Source: an archaeon (GTDB lineage: Archaea; Nanobdellota; Nanobdellia; Woesearchaeales; UBA9642). Taken from it: a DNA stretch of 64,000 nt. The stretch is taken from positions 64,001 to 128,000 of the forward strand of contig JAGVGF010000003.1 in NCBI GenBank assembly GCA_020057295.1, written 5' to 3'. The translations under genes and the position numbers were made by a program. Of the stretch, positions 50,388 through 60,489 are shown piece by piece (position 1 is the first letter of the stretch; every line of letters begins with the position of its first letter). Under the pieces are notes generated by a model. The model did no database searches. It was not told the DNA's origin and saw nothing but the letters and a program-made list of their open reading frames with translations.

Positions 50388-51851
50388 ATGGGAGAAATTT
50401 TAGACGAATATTTACAACAAGTTATAGGTGGAGGGGATGAAGGCTCAGCACTACTCGCAAAACTTACTTCTCCAACTCTTAAGAATTGTAAATATGTTGA
50501 TGTTGTTAAAGAAGGAATGAACGGGTTAGCTGTTCTAAATCATCTTCCCGAAGATTATTCTGTAATCGTTTATTCTATGACTGGAGACTCTTCTATTGCT
50601 GACTTAGCTGCTTACACAAAATCTGTAGTTCATAGACTTGTTGAAATATCAAAATCTTACGGTTTTATACCTTTAGCATTTGCAGATGTTGTTGATGCAA
50701 GTAAAGGAGAAAGAAAAGATATAGAAATAATTGGTCACGCCCTTAAAGAAGCTTCTGATGAACATAATTTAGCAGTACTTAATGGCGAGTTAGCAATACT
50801 TGGACCAAGAGTTAAGGGTATCGCAAATATCAATGGAACTATGATTAGCTTAGTAAAAAAATCTGAGTTACACAAAATTAGTGATTCTACATTTTTGAGC
50901 CTTGGTCAAGATAAAATTTATTTTGCTCATTTCGAACATAAAGGAAAACCTGTTTGGATAAATTCTGATGGTCAAGGAACTAAAGGAGAATTTCAAGAAA
51001 GATTAAGATGTTTTGAATTAGGATTGCTTGACTCGCTTGCAATGAAGCTAGATGATACTATAAAATATGGTGCAGAAGCTCAAGTCGTATCAGATGTAGT
51101 AGAATGGAATGGAGATGTAAATACAAAATCGTTAACGCACTCTGTATTGGAGTTATCAAAAGAGCTAGGATTATCTTACATTTTACAACTAGAACATTCT
51201 ACACATATAGAAGGACACAGTCCTAAAGCTCCTGTCTTCAATATCAGTGGATCAGTTGTAAGTCTTATAGATCAAGAGAGATTAAAAAATCCTCCAAAGC
51301 CTAAAGAAGGAGATTATCTTATAGCTATAAGAGGAAAACCTAATCCGCGATCAAACGGAATAACAGATAAAAGAAAGACAATGATAAACTTGTTTGGAGA
51401 AAATTATCATAACACTGAAATAGGCAAAATCTTTTTAGAATATCTTTCTGCACCATCTATAATTTTCTATCCACATTTTAGAGACTTAATAAACAGGAAT
51501 TTAGCAACAAGCGTATATCATATGAGTGGTGGAGCGTATAATGGTAAACTTGCAAGACCACTTGCTAAACAAGGATTGTTTGTAAAAATAGAAAATTTAT
51601 TCCAACCAGATTGGAGAGAACTAGCATTAGGTGGAGCAATGTTTACTTCTGCTCAAGTAGCTTACGCAAAATGGCCTATGGGGAATGATGGATTCGTCAC
51701 AACACAACATCCTGACGAAGTATTATCTTACTTGTCTGGTAAAGGCTTAGATGGACGAGTTGTCGGAAGATTAGAAAAAAATGCTGAAGGTAAAACAGGT
51801 GTAGAATTAACAGCATTTAATGGAGAAAAAATATATTATCCTGGAGTATGA
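50388..51851 (+). CDS. purM: Divergent AIR synthase-like protein with extra N-terminal PurM-like domain
   Basis: NSDGQGTK, DSLAMKLDD..KYGA, SNG.T..RK, HMSGGAY, WPMGN; lies between purQ and purN-like. Confidence 0.65.
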   Translation: MGEILDEYLQQVIGGGDEGSALLAKLTSPTLKNCKYVDVVKEGMNGLAVLNHLPEDYSVIVYSMTGDSSIADLAAYTKSVVHRLVEISKSYGFIPLAFADVVDASKGERKDIEIIGHALKEASDEHNLAVLNGELAILGPRVKGIANINGTMISLVKKSELHKISDSTFLSLGQDKIYFAHFEHKGKPVWINSDGQGTKGEFQERLRCFELGLLDSLAMKLDDTIKYGAEAQVVSDVVEWNGDVNTKSLTHSVLELSKELGLSYILQLEHSTHIEGHSPKAPVFNISGSVVSLIDQERLKNPPKPKEGDYLIAIRGKPNPRSNGITDKRKTMINLFGENYHNTEIGKIFLEYLSAPSIIFYPHFRDLINRNLATSVYHMSGGAYNGKLARPLAKQGLFVKIENLFQPDWRELALGGAMFTSAQVAYAKWPMGNDGFVTTQHPDEVLSYLSGKGLDGRVVGRLEKNAEGKTGVELTAFNGEKIYYPGV

Positions 51852-51852
51852 A

Positions 51853-52629
51853 ATGACTTTACAACCATTATATGATTCAAAAAAAGGAATAATGCAAGTT
51901 GCGGGATTGATGTCTGGTAGCGGAACTAATCTAAGAAGAATTATAGAACAGGAAGTATATTTAAGACAAAATAGTTCATCGCCTTATCATGTTGCAGTAA
52001 TATTTAGTGATACTCCTGAAAGCAACGCAGCAACTATAGGTAAGGAACACGATATTCCTGTAGTTGTAAATGACAAAAAATTATTTTATAAAAATAGAGG
52101 AAAACCTTTAAGAGATTTGACTGTACGTGCAGAATTTGATTCTTTGACTGTTGAAATGTTGAAACCTTACAATATTAATGTAGCCGCATATGCAGGATAT
52201 ATGTCGATAGCTACTATGCCTTTGATAAATGCCTTTTTAGGAATTAATGTACATCCTGCCGATTTATCTATATTGAACGAACAAGGAAAACCTAAATACG
52301 TAGGTGATCATGTTGTACGTGATGCAATACTTGCCGGAGAGAAAAATATTTATTCTACAACACATATTATATCGGGAGATGTGGATTGTGGACAAATACT
52401 AATGGTATCTTCTCCTATTGAAGTAATTCTAGAAAATTTTGATAGCACTGTTCCTCAGAACGTAGTTGATGCAGAGAAATCTAATCAAGATAGATTAAAG
52501 AAAGATGGGGATTGGATAATATTTCCAAAAACAATACTAGATATAGCGCAAGGAAGATTTTCTTTCTACAGAGGCGTGTTATGTTATGATGAAAAACCTG
52601 TTCCACATGGATTAAGGTTAGGAAAATAG
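51853..52629 (+). CDS. purN: GAR transformylase-like formyltransferase
   Basis: LMSGSGTN, AGYM, INVHP, TTH..VDCG.I. Confidence 0.8.
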   Translation: MTLQPLYDSKKGIMQVAGLMSGSGTNLRRIIEQEVYLRQNSSSPYHVAVIFSDTPESNAATIGKEHDIPVVVNDKKLFYKNRGKPLRDLTVRAEFDSLTVEMLKPYNINVAAYAGYMSIATMPLINAFLGINVHPADLSILNEQGKPKYVGDHVVRDAILAGEKNIYSTTHIISGDVDCGQILMVSSPIEVILENFDSTVPQNVVDAEKSNQDRLKKDGDWIIFPKTILDIAQGRFSFYRGVLCYDEKPVPHGLRLGK

Positions 52630-52668
52630 ATTTTAAATGGATTTTAAATACAACAAAAGGTGATTTGA

Positions 52669-54135
52669 TTGAATATTGAAGATATAAAAAAAACAGACAC
52701 AAAACCTTTGTTAAGGTTTCCTAAAGATTACGTCGTTAATCCAGCAACGTTAACTGCTGGACGCTATGGTACTCTCGAAATGGTAGATATATGGGGCGCA
52801 GACAGAACATTTCAATACAGTTTAAGAGTTCAAGGTCAAGCTGCAAAAACTCTTGCCAGACTTCATCCAGAAATTGTTCATCCAGCATTAGCTGACGAAA
52901 TGTTTAGGTTAGCATCTACAGAGTTTGTATCTCCTGATAGAATCAGAGAGTTAGAAGAGAAAGGTTCGCATGATGTTATTGCTATAAATACTGCTTGGGA
53001 AGAAGTATTGCCTAAAGAAGCAAGATCGCATGTTAATAAATTCAAAACAAGTGCAGACACAACTGAACCAGCAAAAGCTTTGCAATTAAAATCATCGTTA
53101 GAAGTTATTGCGCGGTCAGTAGAAAATCTTAGAGATATAGTTATAGAAAAATCTGTAAAGTGGATTGATATACCATATATGGATGTGACACATAAATATG
53201 ATGCCCTACCGACAGTTGCCGGAAGACCTTTAGCACATTATGTCGAAGCTATCAGTGAAGGTCTGGAATTTTTGAGATTTGTTTATCACCATTCTATTGT
53301 TGGCAAATGGGGCGACGCTACAGGTAATCATCATTCAGCATCAGCTGTTGGTGTAGATGGATTAAAATTACAGGAAGAGTATTGTAAAGATTTAGGTATA
53401 AAAAATAATATTGCACCTGCTCAGGTTCCATCATTAGAATATCAGGCAGATATAGTATATGCTGTAACGAGACTGTCTGAAACAATGAATAATCTTGCTA
53501 ATTTTATAGCAGATGGTAGAAGCGATGATGTGAATATATTTGTGAATCAGAGTCCAAAAAAACAGAAAGGATCATCTGCAATGCCGCATAAAGATTCGAA
53601 AAACGGTAATCCGGATTCTGAAGAACAATTTATGTCACAAAGAAATTTTTCTGTTGGAAATTTGGTTACTGCTGTGATGAATTGTGAAATGCCATATGCA
53701 AGAAATTTGGAAGCGTCTTCTAACATGCGTATAATATTAGAGGATGAATTTAAATTTTTAGATCATGTGACTAGAAGATTATCTAATATTGTTTATTGGA
53801 TTGGAATAAATGAGGAACGAAGTAGAGAACGTGTAGCAAGAAGTTATGGTGTGGTAACATCGCAGCAGGTGATGACTTATTTAACCGATGGAAGAAAGAC
53901 AAGTAATCCGATGAGTAGAAGCGAGGCACATGACTTGATGGGTAATCTAGCAACTTTAGCTTGGAGTACTAAAACGCCGTTTATAGATGTGTTATTACAA
54001 AATTCTGAAGTTACATCAAGATTAGATGAAGCAACTCTTAGAGAAATAACAGATCCTTTCAAATATGTTGGCTTAAGCAAAGAAATAGTAAGAAGTGTTG
54101 CAGAAAAATATTACGGCAAGAAAACATTAGGATAA
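52669..54135 (+). CDS. purB: Adenylosuccinate lyase
   Basis: RY...EM..IW, HDVIA, TH..A.PT, GSSAMPHK..NP signature. Confidence 0.85.
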   Translation: MNIEDIKKTDTKPLLRFPKDYVVNPATLTAGRYGTLEMVDIWGADRTFQYSLRVQGQAAKTLARLHPEIVHPALADEMFRLASTEFVSPDRIRELEEKGSHDVIAINTAWEEVLPKEARSHVNKFKTSADTTEPAKALQLKSSLEVIARSVENLRDIVIEKSVKWIDIPYMDVTHKYDALPTVAGRPLAHYVEAISEGLEFLRFVYHHSIVGKWGDATGNHHSASAVGVDGLKLQEEYCKDLGIKNNIAPAQVPSLEYQADIVYAVTRLSETMNNLANFIADGRSDDVNIFVNQSPKKQKGSSAMPHKDSKNGNPDSEEQFMSQRNFSVGNLVTAVMNCEMPYARNLEASSNMRIILEDEFKFLDHVTRRLSNIVYWIGINEERSRERVARSYGVVTSQQVMTYLTDGRKTSNPMSRSEAHDLMGNLATLAWSTKTPFIDVLLQNSEVTSRLDEATLREITDPFKYVGLSKEIVRSVAEKYYGKKTLG

Positions 54136-54211
54136 TTTTATTAATTTTTAATAATAGATTTTTTTCAATAACTTTAAAAAGTATTTCGTGTATCAAATCG
54201 TAGGTGATTTA

Positions 54212-54484
54212 ATGGCTAAAACTAAAACAAGAAATAAAGCAAAAAATGTCAAATCAAGCAAGGAAACAAGAGTATATGTTAATGTTCGTGAAGTAAATTG
54301 GGTTTTGTGTTTAATTATGTCTATAATTTTCGGATGGATTGGTGTAGACAGATTTATGATGGGAAAGATAGGTACAGGAATACTAAAACTAATTACTTTT
54401 GGTGGTTTAGGAATTTGGTGGCTAATAGATCTAATATTAATAGCTACAAAGTATCAATTCAAAAACGTACATTGGGTCGGATAA
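54212..54484 (+). CDS. TM2-domain membrane protein
   Basis: GWIGVDRF.MG..GTGILKLITFGGLGIWWLID. Confidence 0.85.
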   Translation: MAKTKTRNKAKNVKSSKETRVYVNVREVNWVLCLIMSIIFGWIGVDRFMMGKIGTGILKLITFGGLGIWWLIDLILIATKYQFKNVHWVG

Positions 54485-54496
54485 ATCGGTGATAAC

Positions 54497-54802
54497 ATGG
54501 GTATTATGAAAGAATTTAAAGAATTTTTACAAGAGTACAAAGTTACAGGTCTAGCTGTAGCATTTATTATTGGTGTTGCTGCAACTACGCTAATAACTTC
54601 ACTCGTAAATAATATAATTATGCCAATAATTACAGTATTTATCCCTGGTGGAGAATGGCAGACAGCAACATTTAACATTGGCTCAATAGTTATTGGATGG
54701 GGACCATTTTTAGCAGCAGTAATAAATTTTGTAATAATAGCGTTCGTAGTATTTATGATAGCAAAATTTGTATTAAGAGAAGAAAAAGTAGGAAAGAAAT
54801 AA
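54497..54802 (+). CDS. mscL: Large-conductance mechanosensitive channel
   Basis: MKEFKEF, LAVAFIIG.A...LITSLVNNIIMP, G.FL.AVINFVIIAF. Confidence 0.9.
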   Translation: MGIMKEFKEFLQEYKVTGLAVAFIIGVAATTLITSLVNNIIMPIITVFIPGGEWQTATFNIGSIVIGWGPFLAAVINFVIIAFVVFMIAKFVLREEKVGKK

Positions 54803-54813
54803 AGGTGATAATT

Positions 54814-55122
54814 ATGGATAAAAAAACAGGAAATACATGTGATGTTGGTGCTTACTTGAAATGGGGATTCTGGGCAATGATAGTGTTGTTTGTATTAAAC
54901 ATCGGAGTATCGTTTCTTGGACAGCCAGTGATTGGATATGTTGTAGAAGTTTTGTTGTATTTAAGCGCATTATTTGTGTTTGTAACATCTATACTATATC
55001 TTTCACCAAGTAAAGGATTTGCAATACTAGCATTAATATTTAGTAGCATACTATTCCTAGCAATGTTATTAATAGTATTAGGCGTAGTTATGAGTGCAGC
55101 ATCTGCAGGATTAGTAAGATAA
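54814..55122 (+). CDS. Membrane protein
   Basis: AGGTGA SD; three hydrophobic helices. Confidence 0.6.
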   Translation: MDKKTGNTCDVGAYLKWGFWAMIVLFVLNIGVSFLGQPVIGYVVEVLLYLSALFVFVTSILYLSPSKGFAILALIFSSILFLAMLLIVLGVVMSAASAGLVR

Positions 55123-55186
55123 TTCAAGAATTTTTTAATTTTTTTTCTTTATAATTTTTATTTAATGTCTTAATTTCTAGATTATT

Positions 55187-55525
55187 CTACTTTTTTACTA
55201 TTATAGATCCGATTCTATATATTATTATGAATTCAAAACCCCATAATAGTGGAAGCCATAATGGTATTCCAAGAAATGATGCTGTGTTCCAATATTGAAG
55301 TTTATACAATAAATCTCCACCAACTTCTAGTATTATTCCAACAATTATTCCAATAAGTAATAATAACCATTCTCTCTTATTATGTCTTACTGTAAATGTT
55401 ATTATTATACATGCAAGAAGTATTAATGTAGACCATAATTCGCTCTTCAAGACAGCTAACGTGATAAAGAATATTATTAATAGTATTAACGGGACAATAA
55501 GCTTTTTCCATAAGTCTTTAATCAT
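55187..55525 (-). CDS. Membrane protein (DUF2878-like)
   Basis: Four TM helices; GIPLWLPLLW motif. Confidence 0.6.
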   Translation of the reverse strand: MIKDLWKKLIVPLILLIIFFITLAVLKSELWSTLILLACIIITFTVRHNKREWLLLLIGIIVGIILEVGGDLLYKLQYWNTASFLGIPLWLPLLWGFEFIIIYRIGSIIVKK

Positions 55526-56583
55526 TTTGTGACCTCTTTTATGAGTTCTTCAACTTTCAAAATTATTCTGCTATTATCTTCTTTCTTATAATTCTTAAGA
55601 TTGTTATAATATTTTTCATTATGTTTTATGAAATTCTTCAATTTTTTTGTTGTTATAAAGTCGCACATGTCGCCATAACCTAATTCTTTTATTTGCATAG
55701 CATTTAATGTTTGTTCAAATGTTCCCTTGATAGGGATGGATAAAACTGGTTTGTGAAGAGATACTGCTTCACTAATAAAGCTAAATCCTCCGTTTGCTAT
55801 ACATGCTCTGCAATCTTTAAAATCTTTGAAGAATTGATCGTTATTAGTCTTTCTAAACGTGATATTCTTATCAACTTCTTCTTTTTCAAATCCGTAGACC
55901 ACAAATTGTGCCTTTACACTCTTAAGAACTCTGATAAGTTTCTTATTGGTTGAAACAGGAGACATTCCTGTGGTTTGATATACTAGGTAATAGTTTTTTC
56001 TAATGGGATTCATTTCTAATATTTGTTGACGTAATACTGGAGGATAAAGGAAAGTATATTTATGCCTTATCGGAGGATAGAAAAATGTAGTAATAACATG
56101 ATATCCTATATTGCTTGTGAATATTTTAATAAGAGCGTTCATAGTATAGTATGCTTTTTTATGCTTTTTTGGAACATCATACTTTAATTCAGTCATTGCA
56201 TGAATGTTACACACACATATTAACGGGATATTAAATAGGTTAGAAACATTTATAGTCAAATAATCACAATCTGTAACTATTACATCAGGCCTAAATTTTT
56301 TTATTATACTAAATACTGTCTTAAAATTTGAGGATTTACTAAATATTATCTTAGCATTACGTCCTATAGTTTTGTATAATTTTACAGAATTTTTATCATA
56401 TACAAATCTTAAACCTTCAAATGGAGTCACATTTTTAATGTATTTGTTCATAAATTCGCATGATCTTTTACTACCAACTATCACTTTTACATTATACTTT
56501 TTAGATAATGCTTTGATTATAGGTATGCTTCTAGTAGTATGTCCTAGACCATCACCATTTACTGCATATAATATTCTTATCAT
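55522..56583 (-). CDS. MJ1255-family GT-B glycosyltransferase
   Basis: ILYAVNGDGLGHTTRS, PDVIVTD, NGGFSFISEA, FEQ.LNA. Confidence 0.85.
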   Translation of the reverse strand: MIRILYAVNGDGLGHTTRSIPIIKALSKKYNVKVIVGSKRSCEFMNKYIKNVTPFEGLRFVYDKNSVKLYKTIGRNAKIIFSKSSNFKTVFSIIKKFRPDVIVTDCDYLTINVSNLFNIPLICVCNIHAMTELKYDVPKKHKKAYYTMNALIKIFTSNIGYHVITTFFYPPIRHKYTFLYPPVLRQQILEMNPIRKNYYLVYQTTGMSPVSTNKKLIRVLKSVKAQFVVYGFEKEEVDKNITFRKTNNDQFFKDFKDCRACIANGGFSFISEAVSLHKPVLSIPIKGTFEQTLNAMQIKELGYGDMCDFITTKKLKNFIKHNEKYYNNLKNYKKEDNSRIILKVEELIKEVTK

Positions 56584-56741
56584 TTTTGTTATATTTCTTC
56601 TTTAGCTTTGTATTTAATAAAGTTTATTGATTTATCCCGTAGTTTTTTAAAATAACTTACTTATTTATTGAGTGTATTTTTTAGAGTAGCATTTTATTTA
56701 TCTTTCACTAAATTTATTAAGTAAAAGTTATTTATAATGAC

Positions 56742-57923
56742 ATGCGAATAGCAATATTTACTGATGCATTCCTTCCGATGGGTGGAGGAATTGTAGTCTA
56801 TGTTAAAAGTGTAGCTACAAAACTTGCCCAAAGAGGACATAAGATATTCATATTCGCTCCGAAATCAGACAAAAATTTTAGGATGCCTAAACTTCATAAG
56901 AATATTAGTGTTATACAGCATCGTGGCATGAAAATGTTCTTTTATCCAGATTTTAAGTTAACTTCAATTCTAACTATAAATGATATAATGACATTTAAGA
57001 AATTAAAAATAGATTTAGTGTTCTTTCAATCACCATTTAGTATAGGTTTAAAAGGTATTTTACTTTCTAAAATTTTCAAAAAGCCATTAATCGGAGTATT
57101 TCATACTAGAATTGATACTCCAGATTATTTGTCCAATGTAAAAATTTTCTCCAAGAATAAAAAAATTTTGAAAATTGCAAGGTTATATGTTTACTCTTAT
57201 TATAATCAATCTGATCTAATATTGAGTCCTTCAAAAGATATTAAAGATGAATTATTAAAAAATAATATTAAAAGACCTGTTGTAGTAATAAACAATTTTA
57301 TCGATGATAGTTTATTATCTGATAAAGATAGCAATATCTCTATTCATCCGAATTCTTTCGTATATCTTGGAAGAATCTCTATAGAGAAAAATCTTCCTTG
57401 TTTGCTTAAAGGATTCAAAATAGTTTTACACAAAAGGCCAAGTTCGCATTTTTATTTTGTTGGTAGAGGACCTTATGTCGATAAATTAAAACATCTAATA
57501 TTACAAAACAGTCTTTCAAAGAATGTTCATATAATTGGTCCGATTGACAATAGTGTGGTTTTAGGAACAAATTTTTTAACTAAGTTTAAAGCATTTGTTA
57601 CAATGAGCAATAGTGAAGTCCAACCGCTTAGTATTTTAGAAGCAATGTTTAAAGGCGTCCCTATAATTGGTCCGGATTCTGCAGGAGTTAGAGAATTGAT
57701 AGCAAATAATGGTTTACTCGTCAAGAAAAACTCTCCTCAAGAATTATCAAAAGCGATGATAAAGATACTTGAGAACGAGAAATTACGTTTAGAATTATCA
57801 AAAAATTCAATTATTTATTCTAAAAATTTCACTTCAAAAAAGATTATCTATGATTTAGAAAAGTTATTTAATAAACAACTCAAACGCCAACCAGGCGAAT
57901 TAAATATAGAAATAGTTTCATAG
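56742..57923 (+). CDS. GT4 glycosyltransferase
   Basis: MRIAIFTDAFLP..GG, FHT, GRIS.EKN, EVQPLSILEAM. Confidence 0.88.
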   Translation: MRIAIFTDAFLPMGGGIVVYVKSVATKLAQRGHKIFIFAPKSDKNFRMPKLHKNISVIQHRGMKMFFYPDFKLTSILTINDIMTFKKLKIDLVFFQSPFSIGLKGILLSKIFKKPLIGVFHTRIDTPDYLSNVKIFSKNKKILKIARLYVYSYYNQSDLILSPSKDIKDELLKNNIKRPVVVINNFIDDSLLSDKDSNISIHPNSFVYLGRISIEKNLPCLLKGFKIVLHKRPSSHFYFVGRGPYVDKLKHLILQNSLSKNVHIIGPIDNSVVLGTNFLTKFKAFVTMSNSEVQPLSILEAMFKGVPIIGPDSAGVRELIANNGLLVKKNSPQELSKAMIKILENEKLRLELSKNSIIYSKNFTSKKIIYDLEKLFNKQLKRQPGELNIEIVS

Positions 57924-57929
57924 ATACGT

Positions 57930-58961
57930 TTATGGCGCTACTTTTTTTGAATGGTATTTACGTTTTATAGTTGTTTTAACGTCAAATCCGAATGTTGCTA
58001 ATAATAATAGTCCTACTAGCGCCCACAAAAAATCTTTCATTCTTACAAGGAATGCGAGTGCAACACCTGCACTGCCCGCAAGTCCTATAATTCTAAATGC
58101 AGATACCTGTCCTGCTTCTAATACTCCTACCGCCATTGGTACGGGGAATAATATCGCAAGTCCGATGAATGTTATTACAAAGAATAATTGTATGAATCCC
58201 ATGTCTAATCCTAACAGTGTTGTTGCTATTTTGTATTCTACAAACATTACAGCCCAACTTAACAGCGTTATTAATATAGTATATAGGAAAGTTTTTTTGT
58301 CATGTCTATAGAATTGTATCATTATTAATTCTATCTCTTCTATTTTTTTCTCAAGATTTAATATGGTCTTATTTTTAGTATTTTCTAACTTAAAGAATCT
58401 GAATATGTGTAGAAAGAAATGTTTGTCATTCAACATCTGATAATAAAACAATATAACTATAGCTAAAAATATTATTCCTCCCATAGTCATGTATATTCCC
58501 GCATCTTGAGGCACAGCATATTGTACACTAACAAGCAGCGCTCCTATAATAAATAATATTCCGCATGTTGTTGTGTCTATAATTTTATCAATCATTACAG
58601 TGCTTAATCCTTCCGTAAATTCTACATTGTGTTTTCCAAGCAATGCTGCCTGTGTCGGTTCTCCACCAACTCTTGGTCCGGGTGTGAAGAAATTAATTCC
58701 TTGACCAATAATTCTATAGATATATAACCTGAAGAAGTTTATTTTGTGACCTCGTGATCTTAATATAATATCCCATCGCCATGTTAACACAGCGAATAAA
58801 ATCATTATAGTGAAGGAGTATGCTACTAGTAACCATCCGTTAAAGTTTGAATAGAAACCTATAATATTATTTATACCATACTCTTTGATTATAATATATG
58901 TAGCAATAAGTCCCAATACTAAGAAGAATCCTACAAAAAAATTTCTCCATGACCATTTCAT
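57930..58961 (-). CDS. Lysylphosphatidylglycerol synthase TM-domain / flippase-like protein (UPF0104)
   Basis: RW..IL, N.FTP..VGGEP, P.P.AVG..EAG; multi-TM. Confidence 0.85.
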   Translation of the reverse strand: MKWSWRNFFVGFFLVLGLIATYIIIKEYGINNIIGFYSNFNGWLLVAYSFTIMILFAVLTWRWDIILRSRGHKINFFRLYIYRIIGQGINFFTPGPRVGGEPTQAALLGKHNVEFTEGLSTVMIDKIIDTTTCGILFIIGALLVSVQYAVPQDAGIYMTMGGIIFLAIVILFYYQMLNDKHFFLHIFRFFKLENTKNKTILNLEKKIEEIELIMIQFYRHDKKTFLYTILITLLSWAVMFVEYKIATTLLGLDMGFIQLFFVITFIGLAILFPVPMAVGVLEAGQVSAFRIIGLAGSAGVALAFLVRMKDFLWALVGLLLLATFGFDVKTTIKRKYHSKKVAP

Positions 58962-59047
58962 ACAATAAGACTAAAGTAAAAAGGTCTTTAAAAAGATAGT
59001 TGTTTTGGGAGTTAATAATCTCTTTTTGTGATAATTATTTCCTATCT

Positions 59048-59212
59048 TCAGTATTTTCGTTTAAAACCGCCATTTATTGAGCCAACAAAAATAGCTATGG
59101 ATTCTGGAGGTTCGCCTTTTGATTTCATGCCTTGGGCAGTAGAAACATCATCAGTTATAGTTAAGGGCTTTCCATCTCCGCTAGTGTCCCATACAAGATA
59201 TAGTTCTGTCAA
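59048..59212 (-). CDS. Small hypothetical protein
   Basis: AAGGTGA SD before TTG 59212; 54-aa ORF. Confidence 0.35.
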   Translation of the reverse strand: MTELYLVWDTSGDGKPLTITDDVSTAQGMKSKGEPPESIAIFVGSINGGFKRKY

Positions 59213-59272
59213 AATAATCACCTTCCACAATGTGTTATGTATACTTTTAGCATATATTATTTAAAAATATTA

Positions 59273-59336
59273 CGGGCGTGATGTTCAGTCACTACGTTCG
59301 GAACATCAGCCGTTCGTTTCACTACCGGGCGTGATG
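59273..59336. repeat. 11-bp duplication of the tRNA 3' end flanking a 42-bp REP-like insert
   Basis: CGGGCGTGATG at 59273-59283 and 59326-59336; TCACTACGTTC core inside a GATGTTC/GAACATC stem. Confidence 0.65.
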
Positions 59337-59400
59337 GGATTTGAACCCACGACCTAAGCATTAGGAGTGCTTCGCGCTATCCAAGCTGCGCTACGCGCCC
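59326..59400 (-). tRNA. tRNA-Arg(CCT)
   Basis: Reverse complement GGGCGCGTAGCGCAGCTTGGATAGCGCGAAGCACTCCTAATGCTTAGGTCGTGGGTTCAAATCCCATCACGCCCG folds as a cloverleaf; anticodon CCT; no intron, no encoded CCA. Confidence 0.93.
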
Positions 59401-59440
59401 ACTTTCTTAGAATGGATAGAGCTTTTAAAAAGTTTTAGAA

Positions 59441-59599
59441 TTAAATTTTTGCTATTTCAAATAGCTTTCTACTTTTTATTCTCATAAAAACTTTGCCACC
59501 TATCTTTTCTATTTGTCTATGAGTGTATATTCCATTCTCTACACGGATGTAATTCTCTACCTCTGTAGTGCCATCTCTGACAGTTTTGATAATTTCCAT
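59441..59599 (-). CDS. Small hypothetical protein (52 aa, not in ORF track)
   Basis: GGGGA SD, ATG 59599, MEIIKTVRDG...FEIAKI; upstream TTTATA. Confidence 0.45.
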   Translation of the reverse strand: MEIIKTVRDGTTEVENYIRVENGIYTHRQIEKIGGKVFMRIKSRKLFEIAKI

Positions 59600-59771
59600 A
59601 ATTTGTCCCCCAACGAATTAATAGTGTATACTATAGTTAGACCTATATAAACTTTTAGTGTATTTGTATAGTGAATACTTTAAGACGAGAAACAATATAC
59701 ATTATAGTATACCAATACCGATAAATATATAAAGAATCTTGCCCTAACTTGTCTTATTGTGGGGGTAAATT

Positions 59772-60053
59772 ATGGGTATCTTAGATGGTACTGAGTTTGA
59801 TGATGTAGTTAGGCTTCAGAAGCAACTTGCTTCAAGTATGCTTGACGATTTCGAACTAGATTCCAAAATAAAAATATTAACCATAATCGACGAAATAGCA
59901 GGCCCAGGCAGAAAAAAGATTCACACAGAAAAATTACTCATTGAAGCTGAAAATCGCGGAATGAGTGAATTCGAAGTAACTTCTATTATAGAAAAGTTAA
60001 AACGTGACGGTCTAGTAATCGAACCACAACCAGGATATTTACAAAAATATTAA
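59772..60053 (+). CDS. Stand-alone winged-helix protein resembling the MCM C-terminal domain
   Basis: SKIK.L.II.E...IIEKLKRDGLVIEPQPGY pattern. Confidence 0.65.
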   Translation: MGILDGTEFDDVVRLQKQLASSMLDDFELDSKIKILTIIDEIAGPGRKKIHTEKLLIEAENRGMSEFEVTSIIEKLKRDGLVIEPQPGYLQKY

Positions 60054-60064
60054 GCGAGTTTCTC

Positions 60065-60487
60065 ATGAAAGATTACTCTAAATTGATTTTAGAAGCAAAG
60101 AAAGCCAGAGAAAAATCTTATTCACCATATTCTAAATACAAAGTTGGCGCAGCATTACTCGCAAAAAACGGAAAAATATATGCGGGAACAAATATTGAAA
60201 ATGCAATATATCGGGGGACACACGCTGAAAAATTTGCTCTAGATACAGCTGTTTTTAACAGCGAGAGAGAATTCGAAGCTATTGCCATTGTTTCAGCAGG
60301 TGAAGATCCAGCACGTCCTTGTGGGCAATGTCTTCAAGATTTGACGGAATTCGATATCGATGGTAGAGGATCATTAATAGTAATAGTTGCAAATCTTAAA
60401 GGAAAAATAATAACATTTACGCTTGCAGAATTATTACCTCAAAGATTTGGACCAAAAAATCTCGGCATAGATGTAAAAAAATATTAA
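60065..60487 (+). CDS. cdd: Cytidine deaminase
   Basis: YSPYS.YKVGAA, NIENA, HAE, PCGQC, ELLP..F. Confidence 0.92.
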   Translation: MKDYSKLILEAKKAREKSYSPYSKYKVGAALLAKNGKIYAGTNIENAIYRGTHAEKFALDTAVFNSEREFEAIAIVSAGEDPARPCGQCLQDLTEFDIDGRGSLIVIVANLKGKIITFTLAELLPQRFGPKNLGIDVKKY

Positions 60488-60489
60488 TT

